Below are positions 50,231 to 61,413 of a DNA stretch of 64,000 nt, piece after piece; position 1 is the stretch's first letter, and each line of letters begins with the position of its first letter. The position numbers and the translations under genes are program-made. Source of the stretch: Spirochaetia bacterium (GTDB lineage Bacteria; Spirochaetota; Spirochaetia; DSM-2461); NCBI GenBank assembly GCA_963666985.2, contig CAXXIA010000002.1, forward strand, positions 2,432,001-2,496,000. The letters run 5' to 3'. The notes beneath the pieces were generated by a model. The model ran no database searches, was not told the origin of the DNA, and was given only the letters and a program-made list of their open reading frames with translations.

Positions 50231-50255
50231 CGGGGCGGCGTTATTCGCCGCCCCG
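50231..50255. terminator. Intercistronic stem-loop between atoA and atoE
   Basis: CGGGGCGGCG-ttatt-CGCCGCCCCG perfect 10-bp stem. Confidence 0.6.
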
Positions 50256-50260
50256 GAAGA

Positions 50261-50929
50261 TCAATCTCCGAAGTCGTATTCTTTGCAGTCGTCGGCGACG
50301 ACAAAATCAGCTTTTGTATGTTCGATGATGTATTCGGGTGTCGCCGGAGCGAAATACTCTTTAATAATAAATGCATTGTCTCCGATTTCGAAAAGTCCGA
50401 GATCGGTAACGATGTAATCCACCTCACCCTTGGCCGTCAGCGGAAGACTGCATTTTTTCACCATTTTTGTCGAACCGTCTTTATCAAAATGGACGGTCGC
50501 CGCAATAACGTTTTTGGCGCCGACGAGAAGATCCATGGCGCCGCCCATGCCCGGAACCATCTTCCCGGGAATCATGTAGTTGGCCAAGTCTCCTTTCTGA
50601 TCGGCTTCGAGAACGCCCAGAACCGTATAGTCGAGATGACCGCCGCGAATGATTCCGAAGGAAGTCGCGGAATCGAAGAATGCGCCTCCCGGAAGAATCG
50701 TTACGGGAGCTCCTCCGGCGTTTACGATGTTCGGGTTCGCCTCGCCTTCTCCGGGCTCGGGGCCCAGGCCCGTAAAGCCGTTTTCCGATTGCAGTACGAT
50801 ACTGACGCCTTCGGGAACGTAGTTGCCCACCAGGGTCGGGAGGCCGATGCCGAGGTTGACCACGTCGCCGTCTTTAAACATTCGGGCGATGCGTTTGGCG
50901 ATTTTTATTTTATCCGGTTTGTAGTCCAT
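50261..50929 (-). CDS. atoA: 3-oxoacid/acetate CoA-transferase beta subunit
   Basis: VNLGIGLPT, QSENG (catalytic Glu), GMGGAMDL. Confidence 0.93.
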   Translation of the reverse strand: MDYKPDKIKIAKRIARMFKDGDVVNLGIGLPTLVGNYVPEGVSIVLQSENGFTGLGPEPGEGEANPNIVNAGGAPVTILPGGAFFDSATSFGIIRGGHLDYTVLGVLEADQKGDLANYMIPGKMVPGMGGAMDLLVGAKNVIAATVHFDKDGSTKMVKKCSLPLTAKGEVDYIVTDLGLFEIGDNAFIIKEYFAPATPEYIIEHTKADFVVADDCKEYDFGD

Positions 50930-51606
50930 TAATTCCCCCCCAGCACAAGGTAATCCACGAAGATTCCCGGCGTAACGATGGTTTCGGGATCCAGTTCGCC
51001 GATTTCGACGATTTCATCGACTTCGGCGATCACAGTTTCACCGGCGGTGGCCATCATCGGGCAGAAATTCCGGGCCGAAGCGGCGTATGTAAGGTTGCCC
51101 GCTTTATCCGCTTTGGCGGCTTTTATGAGCGTTACATCTCCCTTAAGGGCTTTTTCCAGGAGAAACTCACGGCCGTCCATCGTGATTTTTTCTTTACCTT
51201 TTTCAACCTCGGTGCCCACGCCCGTGGGAGTGAGGATGCCGCCCAATCCGGCGCCGGCGGCACGAATCCGCTCGGCGAAGGTGCCTTGAGGCACCAGCTC
51301 CACTTCGGCTTCGCCGGAGATCATCTGCCTCTGGGTTTCTTTATTCAGGCCGATGTGACTGGCGATGAACTTGCGAAACTGCTTTGCCAGGACATTAAGG
51401 GCCACGCCGGTCGCCTTGGACTCATCACCCTGGTAGAGGGCGTTGTCGCTGCAGGCGAGAACCATGTCTTTACGTCCGGATTCCAGCAGAGCTTTCATCA
51501 GAAGCGGCGGAGTTCCGACGCCCATGAATCCGCCGACCAGCAGCGTATCACCGTCTTTAACGTGCGAAATCGCTTCCGCGGCACTTACAACGGGTTTCTC
51601 TTTCAT
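50929..51606 (-). CDS. atoD: 3-oxoacid/acetate CoA-transferase alpha subunit
   Basis: DGDTLLVGGF, PQGTFAERIRAAGAGLGG, TPGIFVD; ATG at 51606 via TGATG coupling. Confidence 0.93.
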   Translation of the reverse strand: MKEKPVVSAAEAISHVKDGDTLLVGGFMGVGTPPLLMKALLESGRKDMVLACSDNALYQGDESKATGVALNVLAKQFRKFIASHIGLNKETQRQMISGEAEVELVPQGTFAERIRAAGAGLGGILTPTGVGTEVEKGKEKITMDGREFLLEKALKGDVTLIKAAKADKAGNLTYAASARNFCPMMATAGETVIAEVDEIVEIGELDPETIVTPGIFVDYLVLGGN

Positions 51607-52790
51607 CAGTTTTCTTCTCTCTCGATACAGACGGCACTGCCCATGCCTCCGCCGATGCACAATGTGGCCAGTCCGCGCCTCGCGCCTCGGGCCTTCATTG
51701 CGTAAATCAGAGTCGTCAGGATACGGGCGCCGGAGCATCCGATGGGATGACCCAGGGCAATGGCGCCGCCGTTGACATTCACGATGGCCGGATCCAGTCC
51801 CAAGTCGCGAACAACGGCCAAGGACTGACTGGCGAAAGCTTCGTTGGCTTCAACAAGATCCAAGTCGCCGACATTCCAGCCGGCCATTTCCAAAGCTTTC
51901 TTTGATGAGGGTACCGGTCCGTATCCCATGATGGACGGATCCACGCCCGCCGAACCGTAACCTTTAATGGAAGCCACGATGGGGACTCCAGCCTTTTCGG
52001 CCGCTTCGCGGCTCATCAGGACCAGGGCGCAGGCTCCGTCGTTGATGCCCGAAGCGTTTCCGGCCGTTACGGTACCGTCTTTTTTGAAGGCCGGCCGAAG
52101 AGAGGCCATTTTTTCAAGAGTTGTCTGACGGGGATGCTCGTCGGTGTCGAAAATAATCGGATCACCTTTTCTCTGAGGAATTTTTACCGGAACGATTTCG
52201 TTTTTAAACGCGCCTTCGGCGATGGCCCTGGCGGCTCTGTTCTGGCTCTCGAACGCGAATGCATCCTGCTCTTCTCGGGTCAGTTTCCACTGTTCGGCGA
52301 TATTCTCCGCGGTAATGCCCATATGGTATTCGTTGAAGATATCGTACAGGCCGTCATGGACCATGTAATCCATCATTGCGGAATCACCCATTCTGGCGCC
52401 CCAGCGTGCCGCGGGAACAAGGTAGGGAGCCGCGCTCATGTTTTCCGTTCCGCCGGCGACGATGCAGGAAGCGTCTCCCGCTTTGATAATCTGGCTTGCA
52501 AGCGAGACCGCCCTCAGACCCGAACCGCACACTTTGTTTATCGTCATGGAAGGAGTTTCTTTCGGGATACCCGCCCCCATGGATACTTGCCTTGCGACGT
52601 TTTGGCCGAGCCCCGCGCCCAGGACGTTGCCCAAAATAACTTCATCCACTTTATCCGGGGTGATTCCCGCCCGTTCCATGGCCGTTTTTACGGCCAAATT
52701 ACCCAACTCAACAGCGGAGACGTCTTTTAGCGATCCTCCGAAAGTACCGATCGGTGTTCGAACCGCAGATGCAATAACTGTTTCACTCAT
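51606..52790 (-). CDS. atoB: Acetyl-CoA C-acetyltransferase (thiolase)
   Basis: [30 protein letters not shown]. Confidence 0.96.
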   Translation of the reverse strand: MSETVIASAVRTPIGTFGGSLKDVSAVELGNLAVKTAMERAGITPDKVDEVILGNVLGAGLGQNVARQVSMGAGIPKETPSMTINKVCGSGLRAVSLASQIIKAGDASCIVAGGTENMSAAPYLVPAARWGARMGDSAMMDYMVHDGLYDIFNEYHMGITAENIAEQWKLTREEQDAFAFESQNRAARAIAEGAFKNEIVPVKIPQRKGDPIIFDTDEHPRQTTLEKMASLRPAFKKDGTVTAGNASGINDGACALVLMSREAAEKAGVPIVASIKGYGSAGVDPSIMGYGPVPSSKKALEMAGWNVGDLDLVEANEAFASQSLAVVRDLGLDPAIVNVNGGAIALGHPIGCSGARILTTLIYAMKARGARRGLATLCIGGGMGSAVCIEREEN

Positions 52791-52819
52791 AGCTTACTCT
52801 CCTGTTTTGTCCTTATATA

Positions 52820-52836
52820 TGCAAAATGTGTGCCTG
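52820..52836 (-). promoter_or_regulatory. Sigma54 (-24/-12) promoter of atoB
   Basis: Minus strand CAGGCACACATTTTGCA: GG-N10-GC with canonical spacing, next to a GAFTGA activator gene. Confidence 0.85.
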
Positions 52837-52870
52837 AATGAAATAATGTGTTTAGGAGCGATTAGAGAAA

Positions 52871-52952
52871 GAAATATCGATATTGCCGTGAATAAATATG
52901 GCGATTTTGCTATAAATATGGCAGTATTGCGATATCGATAATGCCATATTTA
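52871..52952. promoter_or_regulatory. Probable enhancer (UAS) sites for the sigma54 activator
   Basis: ATAAATATGGC-N4-TTGC twice at a 20-bp period (52892, 52912); 11-bp inverted repeat TAAATATGGCA/TGCCATATTTA (52913-52952). Confidence 0.6.
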
Positions 52953-52965
52953 AAGGAACAGATCG

Positions 52966-54489
52966 ATGGATAATCCGGTTCACGGAGCTGAAAAATCAAG
53001 TCCTTCCGTACGGCTGCCCGAGGAAATCGTTAAGAAGCTGGCGGATCAGGAATTCGAAATATACTCCTTCAGGGAAATGATGAACCGCCTCCAGGAAGGG
53101 ATTTATATCACCGACAACCGCGGCATCACATTATATGTAAACAGTGCGTTCGTCCATCTTTCGGGGCTCAGCCGGGAAGATCTAATCGGTAAACGGGTTA
53201 ACGATATGAGGGATGACGGCATTCTGCCGAATTCCTGCTGTGCCAAGGTTATCGAAACCCGCCGTCCGGTTATGACGATCAACAATTACTATCACGGTCA
53301 GAAATGTCTGGTCTCCGGTTCTCCGGTTTTTGATCCCGAAGGAAATCTGATACGCACCATTGCCGTTGTCAGAGACGTTTCGGAACTGGACGCGATGGTG
53401 GAGAGTCTCACCCGAAGCGACGGCGGCTGGATGCCGGAAAAACCTCATTATCTGGATGACGAGGGACCGCTGCAGCGGGCTTCTTCCGCGGATACTCCCG
53501 CTCTTCTTCAGTCCGAAGAACCGTTGATGCAGGATATTTATATAAAAGCGTCCCGAATGGCCGATTTGGACAGTACCATGCTGATTGTCGGCGAAACCGG
53601 AACGGGAAAGGACTATTTGGCGGCGGCCATTCATGAAATACGGAAAAAAAGCAAGTCCGGAGAACTGATCAGGATTAACTGCGGCGCCATCCCGGAACAT
53701 CTGATTGAATCGGAACTGTTCGGATATGAAAAGGGGGCTTTTACGGGCGCCGCGCCCGAAGGGCGAAAAGGACTTTTGGAAGCGGCCGGCGAGGGAACAA
53801 TCCTCCTTGATGAGATTGGCGAAATGCCGTATGTGCTTCAGGTGAAACTTCTGAATGTGCTGAACGACAGACAGTTCTATCGCGTCGGCGGCCATCGGAT
53901 GATCGATTTCAAGGCCAGAGTCATCGCCACAACCAATGCGAATTTAGGCGAACAGGTGAAACTGAAAAAATTCAGAGCGGACTTGTTTTACCGTTTGAAT
54001 GTTTTTCGGATCAGTATGCCTCCCCTAAGGCTTCGTCAGGCCGATATCCTGCCGCTTTTAAATCGGTTCCTTAACGATTTTAATCGGGCGTACCGCAAGA
54101 GTCATTCTTTTTCATCCGAATCCCTTCTTATGCTTAAGGACTACCGATGGCCGGGAAATATCCGTGAAATGAAAAATTTCGTGGAAAAAGCCGTTGTTTT
54201 TACAACCGGAGAACCGATGAGACCGGATGATGTAACGGCCGTCCTCACGTCCGATATCGATTTATCGGCCTTGGATGAAAATCGTGAAACCGATATCAAG
54301 CGCCCATTCGGTACGGGGGGAATTGTTGAAAAACAGAACCTGAAGGAAGCTATGGATGCGTATGAAGAGCGTCTTTTGAAGAGGACTATCGCCGATTCAA
54401 AAACGCTCAGGGACGCGGCCGATTCTCTCGGTATAGATTTTTCGACTCTGATGCGCAAGAAGAGAAAGTATGGACTGAGCCGGCAATAA
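52966..54489 (+). CDS. PAS-domain sigma54-dependent enhancer-binding activator
   Basis: PAS domain; [37 protein letters not shown]-terminal HTH; no REC domain. Confidence 0.95.
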   Translation: MDNPVHGAEKSSPSVRLPEEIVKKLADQEFEIYSFREMMNRLQEGIYITDNRGITLYVNSAFVHLSGLSREDLIGKRVNDMRDDGILPNSCCAKVIETRRPVMTINNYYHGQKCLVSGSPVFDPEGNLIRTIAVVRDVSELDAMVESLTRSDGGWMPEKPHYLDDEGPLQRASSADTPALLQSEEPLMQDIYIKASRMADLDSTMLIVGETGTGKDYLAAAIHEIRKKSKSGELIRINCGAIPEHLIESELFGYEKGAFTGAAPEGRKGLLEAAGEGTILLDEIGEMPYVLQVKLLNVLNDRQFYRVGGHRMIDFKARVIATTNANLGEQVKLKKFRADLFYRLNVFRISMPPLRLRQADILPLLNRFLNDFNRAYRKSHSFSSESLLMLKDYRWPGNIREMKNFVEKAVVFTTGEPMRPDDVTAVLTSDIDLSALDENRETDIKRPFGTGGIVEKQNLKEAMDAYEERLLKRTIADSKTLRDAADSLGIDFSTLMRKKRKYGLSRQ

Positions 54490-54616
54490 CTGCTGCCGCG
54501 GAAGTCATCGCTGATCCGTATGCCTTTTCGGCTGGAAACGGGATTCCCCTTTCCCGGAGCATCCGCGGACGTCGCCGTCGGATGTTTTATTCATTATGAT
54601 GAACATGGAGGATTAT

Positions 54617-55396
54617 ATGACCGGTCACGATATCGACTACGAAGTCATAGGCGAGGGTGTGCAGTTCGCGGAAATAACTCTCGATCCCGGTGAAACCGTT
54701 ATTGCCGAAGCCGGAGCCATGGTTTACATGGAAGAGGGAATTTCCTGGGAAGCGAAAATGGGGGACGGTTCGAATCCCGACCAAGGGATTATGGGTAAAC
54801 TGTTCTCGGCCGGAAAGCGCATGCTGGCGGGTGAAAGTCTTTTTCTAACCCATTTTACGAATAACGCATCGTCACGGAAAGCGGTCGGTTTCGCGGGGAA
54901 CATTCCGGGGAGCGTCGTCGGCATTGATCTTTCCAAGATCGGCGGCGCCATTACGTGCCAGCGCGATGCTTTTCTCTGTGCGGCGAAAGGTACGAAGATC
55001 ACCGTTACCTTCACGAAAAGATTGGGAGCGGGTTTTTTCGGCGGTGAGGGCTTCATTCTTGAGAGGGCCGTCGGCGACGGGAAATTCGTCGTGCATGCCG
55101 GGGGGAAGGTTATCAAGAAGCAGCTCCAGGGTGAGACGCTCCGAGTGGATACCGGGTGTTTGGTCGCCTTTACCGACGGGATTGATTACGATATCGCCCC
55201 CGCCGGGAATGTCGGTTCCATGCTTTTCGGAGGAGAAGGATTGTTTGTTACGACCTTAAGCGGATCGGGAACGGTGCTGCTCCAGAGCACGCCGGCCTCG
55301 AGGATGTCGCAGTCTCTGATGAAAAATCTGCCTTCTCAAGGCGGAACAGGCAACAAACCGCTTGGCAATCTGGGGGACATTATCAACAGACTCTAG
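54617..55396 (+). CDS. TIGR00266/AIM24 family protein
   Basis: [41 protein letters not shown]. Confidence 0.92.
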   Translation: MTGHDIDYEVIGEGVQFAEITLDPGETVIAEAGAMVYMEEGISWEAKMGDGSNPDQGIMGKLFSAGKRMLAGESLFLTHFTNNASSRKAVGFAGNIPGSVVGIDLSKIGGAITCQRDAFLCAAKGTKITVTFTKRLGAGFFGGEGFILERAVGDGKFVVHAGGKVIKKQLQGETLRVDTGCLVAFTDGIDYDIAPAGNVGSMLFGGEGLFVTTLSGSGTVLLQSTPASRMSQSLMKNLPSQGGTGNKPLGNLGDIINRL

Positions 55397-55420
55397 GCGG
55401 TTCGTGATGAAATCCGCCTT

Positions 55421-55456
55421 TCCCGCATCCGGGCGTTCGAACCGCCGGATGCGGGA
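55421..55456. terminator. Stem-loop between convergent genes
   Basis: TCCCGCATCCGG...CCGGATGCGGGA 12-bp stem. Confidence 0.65.
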
Positions 55457-55514
55457 TTTATGGATCGCCGAATCGGCATTGTCCCATTCGGCCTTATCTT
55501 AACGGTGTCCGCGC

Positions 55515-56525
55515 CTATTCGAAGTATTCGAAGGCGTCGATGATGTCGAGATAGACTCCGTCGAATCCCGCATCAACGATATACCCCAGAATGCTCTCGT
55601 CGCTTCCGAAGATAATGGCCCGCCACTCTTCATCCCAATAACGCACCTTGTAGTTCCCCGGCCAGTCGGGATTCTCTTTGGCGAGCCATGAGGGAGGATT
55701 CACATTCCATGTGGAATCCCAATACGAGCGGTAGTCCTCGGCCTCGCCGATACTCATATAAGCGATAACCAGACGGCTTCCGTCTGTCGCTTTGGTTTTT
55801 AAACCCGAGATTTGCTCCGAAGTGTATTCTTCGGTTCCGTTCCAATAGGCATCGATAAGAACAATGTCGTGTTCCGTAGCCTCCAAAGCCGCAAGAAACT
55901 CATCTTTCGAGGCGTATGTTTCGGGATTGATAAGGTAGAGAAAATTGGCGGCTTCGGCGAGGCCGGTGATGTCCTCTGTTGATTCTCCGGTAAGAGGGTT
56001 CGGGTAGGCCGGAATAACTTCCAGCTCCCGGGAAGGAGCCGGAAAAGAGATGTAGCCTCGGGCCGATGCTTTACTTATGGCATCATCGGCTTTTGCCTCA
56101 TCAGTGGAATCCGTAAAGGCTCCGTCGGCCACATAATCGATAACGAGAGCTTCTACGCCGTTCTCTTCCGCCAAGTCCAGGAATTCTTCAAGCCATTGAG
56201 TTTCTTCGGCCGGAGTGGCCTCTCCGTCTTCGTTCCATCCGTAGTAAAGATCTTCCCTGCCGGTTCCGTCGATGGCCGCAATGTAGGATTCGGCGAGCGT
56301 TCCCTCCGGTTCGCCCTCAAAGGTGAAGAGTTCCTGGCCGTTTTGGGGAATTATAAGAAATCCCGGCTCCCTGGTTTTGGCCCATGCTGAAATATCGATG
56401 ACGAAATCGCGCATTTCGGCCCGATAATCACGGTCGTCGGAGGTAAGAGCGCAGGAGAAAAAAATCAGAAGGCTTCCGGGAATCATGGCTAAAAGCCGGA
56501 ACGGTACAGTTCTCTTATTATTCAT
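55515..56525 (-). CDS. MJ1477/TM1410-family putative glycoside hydrolase (endo-alpha-1,4-polygalactosaminidase-like), lipoprotein
   Basis: IIPQNG, AYMSIGEAEDYRSYW, ENPDWPGNYKVRYW, GFDGVYLD; lipobox-like IFFSC. Confidence 0.85.
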   Translation of the reverse strand: MNNKRTVPFRLLAMIPGSLLIFFSCALTSDDRDYRAEMRDFVIDISAWAKTREPGFLIIPQNGQELFTFEGEPEGTLAESYIAAIDGTGREDLYYGWNEDGEATPAEETQWLEEFLDLAEENGVEALVIDYVADGAFTDSTDEAKADDAISKASARGYISFPAPSRELEVIPAYPNPLTGESTEDITGLAEAANFLYLINPETYASKDEFLAALEATEHDIVLIDAYWNGTEEYTSEQISGLKTKATDGSRLVIAYMSIGEAEDYRSYWDSTWNVNPPSWLAKENPDWPGNYKVRYWDEEWRAIIFGSDESILGYIVDAGFDGVYLDIIDAFEYFE

Positions 56526-56689
56526 GGCAAGGGGAATTCTATACCGTCTCTCGCCGGGATTCCATTTTTTCGCGCATCATCGGTTTGCCCCAAAATCCCT
56601 GATGGGACAATAACCTCTCTGAAAAACCGGAGAGGTGTCGGAACGCTTCACCAGTGACATTTCTTTATGTTCTTACTTATATTGAGAAG

Positions 56690-57655
56690 ATGCTGAGTTG
56701 TTCCAAAGTCAAACTTAACCGCAGTGATATCGAAAGGATTATGCGGAAAGTCTTTGGTTCAAAAACCCGGGTTGTGTCCGTAAAGGAAAACAATGAGGGT
56801 TGGTTCAATGCTTTGTATGCCGTTTCTCTTCAAGGCTTGCCGGATGTTTTTCTAAAAGTCGCGCCGCCTCCGGAACTCCCCGTTCTTCGGTATGAAAAAG
56901 GACTACTGGCGACGGAGGTGGAGGTTCTGAAGATCTTTGAAAAGAATCCGGAGATTCCTTCGCCATCCGTTTTTTTTGCCGATTTTGGAAAAGAACTCAT
57001 CAATACGGATTATTTCGTCATGGAAAAGCTGGAGGGGGAATCACTTTTCAAAATCAAAGATTCTATTGATGCTGAAGTGCTCAAAAGAATTAATATCCAT
57101 AAGGGGCAAATCAATCAGGCTATTAACTCCATACATGGTGAACAATTTGGTATTTTCGGTTCCGAACATGAAAAATTCGGGAACTGGCAATCGGCTTTTT
57201 TGGGAATGGTGGATGATATTCTTGCCGATGCCGAGGATTTCGGCGTTGAAATGCCTTTTTCTTTAAGCCGAATAAGAAGCTTCTTTTCCGAATTCGCCGA
57301 TGATCTTGATTTCGTTACAAGACCGTGTTTGGTCCATTGGGATCTGCATGACGGTAATATTCTTATAAAAGACAAGAACAGTATTGCGGGAATCATCGAT
57401 TGTGACCGTGCGCTCTGGGGCGATCCCGCTATCGAGTATTACTTTTCAAGAATGTTTCCTTCTCCCGAAGAATTTTTTCAGGGATATGGATTGGCTGTTT
57501 GGGAAGAAGATTCGTTTGTCTCAAGGAGAAACATGTACGATTTATATCTCACATTAATTTTCGTAACCGAGTGCCGATCCCGAGACATAAAGGATTCGGA
57601 ACATATTAAATGGGCGCACGGTATGCTGAACTCTCAGATTAAGAAGTTCTTATGA
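56690..57655 (+). CDS. Aminoglycoside-phosphotransferase/choline-kinase superfamily protein
   Basis: EGWFNALY, FLKVAP, Brenner motif HWDLHDGNI, IIDCDRALWGDP. Confidence 0.88.
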   Translation: MLSCSKVKLNRSDIERIMRKVFGSKTRVVSVKENNEGWFNALYAVSLQGLPDVFLKVAPPPELPVLRYEKGLLATEVEVLKIFEKNPEIPSPSVFFADFGKELINTDYFVMEKLEGESLFKIKDSIDAEVLKRINIHKGQINQAINSIHGEQFGIFGSEHEKFGNWQSAFLGMVDDILADAEDFGVEMPFSLSRIRSFFSEFADDLDFVTRPCLVHWDLHDGNILIKDKNSIAGIIDCDRALWGDPAIEYYFSRMFPSPEEFFQGYGLAVWEEDSFVSRRNMYDLYLTLIFVTECRSRDIKDSEHIKWAHGMLNSQIKKFL

Positions 57656-58190
57656 ACGGAGAAACCACACAGAAGAGCATTGTTTTGCCGTGTGCCTCGT
57701 ATAATCCGAATACCGGGATTCTTGAGTTATGATTGATTTCAAGCGTAACAGCGTTTTTCCCGCCATTGAGTTCAAAAAAGGGGCGGAAGATCTTGCCATA
57801 CAGCCCCATGTTCATAAAATGCAGTCGATTTTCTATTCGAGAAATTGGCGAAGCTGCTCCTCATCGGCCGGAAACGGGAAAAAGTGCAATCTTGTGAGGA
57901 GCTTTTTCGTCCCGGATTAATCCGTTTGGTGATTCCGCTTTTCAGCTGCTTGCTGCAGCAGCCTGTATCGGCAACGCCGTCACAGGCGGTTAGCGGCGAA
58001 GAGACGGACGTGCCTGATGAAATGAGAAAACCGGCAAACTTCATGGAGTTCGGATTGGAATATGCTGTTAATGCGGATGTACTAACGCATGCCGGATGAC
58101 TAGAAAACCGTACTAGTCCTTTTATACCTCTGCAACTGTTTTCTAACACATGGCATACTTTTGTCATTATCTTCGTGCGAGGTTGTTCTG

Positions 58191-59876
58191 ATGAAGTTGA
58201 ATACGAAACCCTGGAAATTTCTTGATGAGTATCGAGGTACTTTTTTTACCGGTGAATGGCCCACCTTGCCGGAGATGCTGAAGATTACAGTTGATCGTTA
58301 TCCCGAGAGGAGGGCGTTTACCGCTTTTTCTCCGGCGCTCTTGGAGTTCACTTATTCCGAAGTACTGACCGAGGTGAAAAAAATCGGAGCCTACTTAACT
58401 TCCCTTGGAATTAAAAAGGGAGACAAGGTTGGGGTTACGGGAAAAAACTCACCGGAATGGTCTTTGGCCTATCTGGGAATCCTTTTCGCGGGGGGGATCG
58501 TTATCCCTTTGGATTACGGCTTAAAAAATAAAGAAATCGCCGGACTCATGAAGATCGCCGGAGTCGATGTTCTTTTCTGTGATGAAGAAAAGCATGAGTT
58601 CTTTTCCGATATGGAATTGAAAGAGCTTATTTCCCTGGCTGCGGGGACGGGCCGGTATCTTTTGGATTTGAGGATCGACGCCGCGGCCGAAAAGGAAAAT
58701 GCGGCGGAAATGCCGTCGGAAGACGATTTGGCGGCCATCCTGTTTACCTCGGGTACTACGGGCGTGGCCAAGGGCGTCATGCTGACTCATAAGAATCTGG
58801 TAAGCGACTGCTATCAGGCCCAGGCCAATATGAACATTTTCCATACGGATGTGTTTTACGCCCTTTTGCCGCTGCATCATTCTTACTCCATGCTTGCCGT
58901 TTTTATTGAAGCCGTATCCGTGGGAGCGGAGATTGTCTTCGCGAAGGCTTTGGCCGTCGGGCAGATTCTCAAAGACCTGAAGCAGGGCAAGGTCACCATG
59001 TTCCTGGGCATCCCCATGCTGTTCAATAAGCTGATTAAAGGGCTGATGAAGGGAATCAGGGAGAAAGGCATCCTCGTTTACGGGCTGATTCGCTTCCTGA
59101 TGGGCGTCAGCGGGATCATCAAGAAATATTTCCATGTAAATCCCGGAAAGAAGATGTTCAACGGACTTCTGGCAAAGCTGTCTCTGGACACCAACCGCAT
59201 CTGTATCTGCGGCGGAGGCCCCCTCCCGGCGTCCACGTTTAAGATGTTCAACCAGCTGGGCATCGATTTCGTTCAGGGGTACGGCTTAACCGAGACGTCT
59301 CCCATCGTCGCTTTGAATCCCAAGGAAGCCTATAAGGAAGATTCGGTGGGCAAGATGATTCCGGGAACCGAAACCCGCATTCTCGATCCGGACGAAGAAG
59401 GCTGCGGCGAGATCGCCATTCGGGGTTCGATGGTGATGCGGGGGTATTACAAGAATGAGGCGGCTACGAAAGAGAGCATTACCGAGGACGGATTTCTGAA
59501 GACAGGCGACGTGGGTTACCTGGATGAAGAGAATTACCTCTATCTGACCGGCAGAGCCAAGTCCCTCATCGTTACAGAGGGCGGCAAGAATGTTTTCCCC
59601 GAAGAAATTGAAGACAAATTCCAGCTTTATGACGAGGTTGAGCAGATTCTGGTTCGCGGCTATATGCTGGATGCGAAGATGAAGAGTGAGGGAATAGAGG
59701 CCTTGATTTATCCCGGAGAGAACGCCGGGGACATTCCAAAATCCCGGTTTCAGGCCATCATTGATGCGGTAAATCTTGAATTGAAGCCTTATCAGAAGAT
59801 TATGCGGTTTTCCGTATTGGATGAACCCATGGCGATGACCACCACCAAGAAGATTAAGCGGTTCGCGGTGGAGTAG
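58191..59876 (+). CDS. Long-chain fatty acid-CoA ligase (AMP-binding)
   Basis: ILFTSGTTGVAKGV, QGYGLTETSP, KTGDVG, TGRAK, GKNVFPEEIE. Confidence 0.93.
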   Translation: MKLNTKPWKFLDEYRGTFFTGEWPTLPEMLKITVDRYPERRAFTAFSPALLEFTYSEVLTEVKKIGAYLTSLGIKKGDKVGVTGKNSPEWSLAYLGILFAGGIVIPLDYGLKNKEIAGLMKIAGVDVLFCDEEKHEFFSDMELKELISLAAGTGRYLLDLRIDAAAEKENAAEMPSEDDLAAILFTSGTTGVAKGVMLTHKNLVSDCYQAQANMNIFHTDVFYALLPLHHSYSMLAVFIEAVSVGAEIVFAKALAVGQILKDLKQGKVTMFLGIPMLFNKLIKGLMKGIREKGILVYGLIRFLMGVSGIIKKYFHVNPGKKMFNGLLAKLSLDTNRICICGGGPLPASTFKMFNQLGIDFVQGYGLTETSPIVALNPKEAYKEDSVGKMIPGTETRILDPDEEGCGEIAIRGSMVMRGYYKNEAATKESITEDGFLKTGDVGYLDEENYLYLTGRAKSLIVTEGGKNVFPEEIEDKFQLYDEVEQILVRGYMLDAKMKSEGIEALIYPGENAGDIPKSRFQAIIDAVNLELKPYQKIMRFSVLDEPMAMTTTKKIKRFAVE

Positions 59877-60075
59877 TGGCGGCGCGGTAACGAAAAAGTC
59901 TTGGCGCCGCACAGCTGTGCTAACCGCGATTGAGGGCGGACGGCAGGCGGGGAATCCTGCTTCATGAAAGGCACCGCACGGCGGTTTGCTCCGCCGGGGC
60001 GCCGGGGGGGGAAAGAATCGGGAGAGTTTGTGAAGAGGGGCCGGAGCCGCCGTGAGAAGCGGTTCCCGATTCTTC

Positions 60076-61413
60076 TTAAAATCCCATTTTTTTCAATTCC
60101 GCCACGATCGCTACATATTCTTCGGCAATATCAAAACCGCTGTAATCTTTCCGCATAAGATCAATCTGATCGGCGTGGGAAATCCCTCTTTTTTCGGCAC
60201 TCTTGAAGGTTCCCTTAAAAACACCCCATTTTGCCGATTCCTCCGTAACCAGTCCGTCGTTGTTTCCCGCCTTCAACTTCATGACGGCGAAAGGGATGCT
60301 GAGTAAGGCATGACTTGTCGGTTTTTTCATTACCGCGGCATAGCTCTGGTAATAGACCTCCGGACGATCCGGATTTTCTTTATTGAAGGTTTCCATGGAG
60401 GTAGGAGAGAGCTGACGGCTTGCCGAATATGCATCGGGATTCTTATCACCAAGTTTTCTAAAGTTGTTATTGATGGCTTCACAAAGCTTTTTGTACCTGG
60501 ATTCCTTCATTTTGAACAAAGTGTTCATAAGCTCGGAGCCCCTGTGTGGTGTTGAAATGGTGGTTGGGGATGCGACTTTCCCCGCCATATTCAGGGAACT
60601 GATCATGTATCGGGCGTCCAGACCTCCCTTGGAATGGGCGATGATATTGACTTTTTTACTTCCCGTTTTTTCCAGGAACGCAAGGAGCTGATCCTTTATT
60701 TCCATTCCGCAGTTTTCAATGGTGCCCCATGCCTGCTGTCGGCCGTATTCGATAACGGCGCCGTTTTTAATCAGTAATGTCGGGATTCTTCCCCAATAAT
60801 TTATATATTCGTAGTCTCTGAATCCGATACCATGCAGCAGGAGAAGCGGATACCTTGTCGCGCAAATTTGAGATTGTGCGCGAGCATTTTGACGTTCCGT
60901 CTTCAGGATTTCATAGGTGTATTCTTTCTTCACAATTCTGCAGCCATAGAGTCCTAGAGCGATGTTTACGATCGGTATCCAAGAGAAAACGATGAACGGA
61001 ACTCTGTAGGTAAGTCCTAATCTTCCGGATGTGAGGAATATCCGAATCGCCCCATTCAATAAAAATAAAAGTGTAACGGCTGATGTCGTTACGATGTCGG
61101 CAAGGAATAATTCTCGGGAGATTTGGAAAGATTCCCGATATTTCCCGCCGAGTATTACAAGCGGAATTTGGAGAAACAAAGCACATAAAGAGGCGATGAA
61201 AATTCGGCGGCCGCCCATCATGATTCGGAAGCGAAGATTGATTTCTACGGGAGGTTTTGGAGTATGGAGCGCAAAACGGATAAGGAAGAAAAGGGAAACG
61301 ACCGAAATGATGATTTTCGCCGGAATGACTCCGGAAGCGGGTAACGTATCGATTATTCGAAACAGATACAGGATATGAGGAGAAACAGCCAGCAGAATTA
61401 TTCTCGGTATCAT
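60076..61413 (-). CDS. Membrane-anchored lipase (alpha/beta hydrolase)
   Basis: N-terminal TMs, then YPLLLLHG, IIAHSKGGLD (nucleophile), TPHRGS, NDGLV, SHADQI. Confidence 0.9.
   Translation of the reverse strand: MIPRIILLAVSPHILYLFRIIDTLPASGVIPAKIIISVVSLFFLIRFALHTPKPPVEINLRFRIMMGGRRIFIASLCALFLQIPLVILGGKYRESFQISRELFLADIVTTSAVTLLFLLNGAIRIFLTSGRLGLTYRVPFIVFSWIPIVNIALGLYGCRIVKKEYTYEILKTERQNARAQSQICATRYPLLLLHGIGFRDYEYINYWGRIPTLLIKNGAVIEYGRQQAWGTIENCGMEIKDQLLAFLEKTGSKKVNIIAHSKGGLDARYMISSLNMAGKVASPTTISTPHRGSELMNTLFKMKESRYKKLCEAINNNFRKLGDKNPDAYSASRQLSPTSMETFNKENPDRPEVYYQSYAAVMKKPTSHALLSIPFAVMKLKAGNNDGLVTEESAKWGVFKGTFKSAEKRGISHADQIDLMRKDYSGFDIAEEYVAIVAELKKMGF

Noticed and set aside
56690..57655. Aminoglycoside resistance gene (and beta-lactamase at 16246-17334)
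   Set aside because: Only superfamily-level motifs; no resemblance to characterised resistance alleles and no mobile context.
57696..57750. CTCGTATAAT start resembling a purine riboswitch
   Set aside because: No TTTCTACC junction, CCGTAAA loop or closing TACGAG; downstream gene unrelated to purines.
57874..58035. GGGAA..GTGCAATC (cobalamin riboswitch-like) and CTGATGA..GAAA (hammerhead-like) fragments
   Set aside because: No B12 box; hammerhead stem II cannot form.
58151..58165. TGGCATACTTTTGTC as a sigma54 promoter for the acyl-CoA ligase
   Set aside because: No GC at the required GG-N10-GC spacing.
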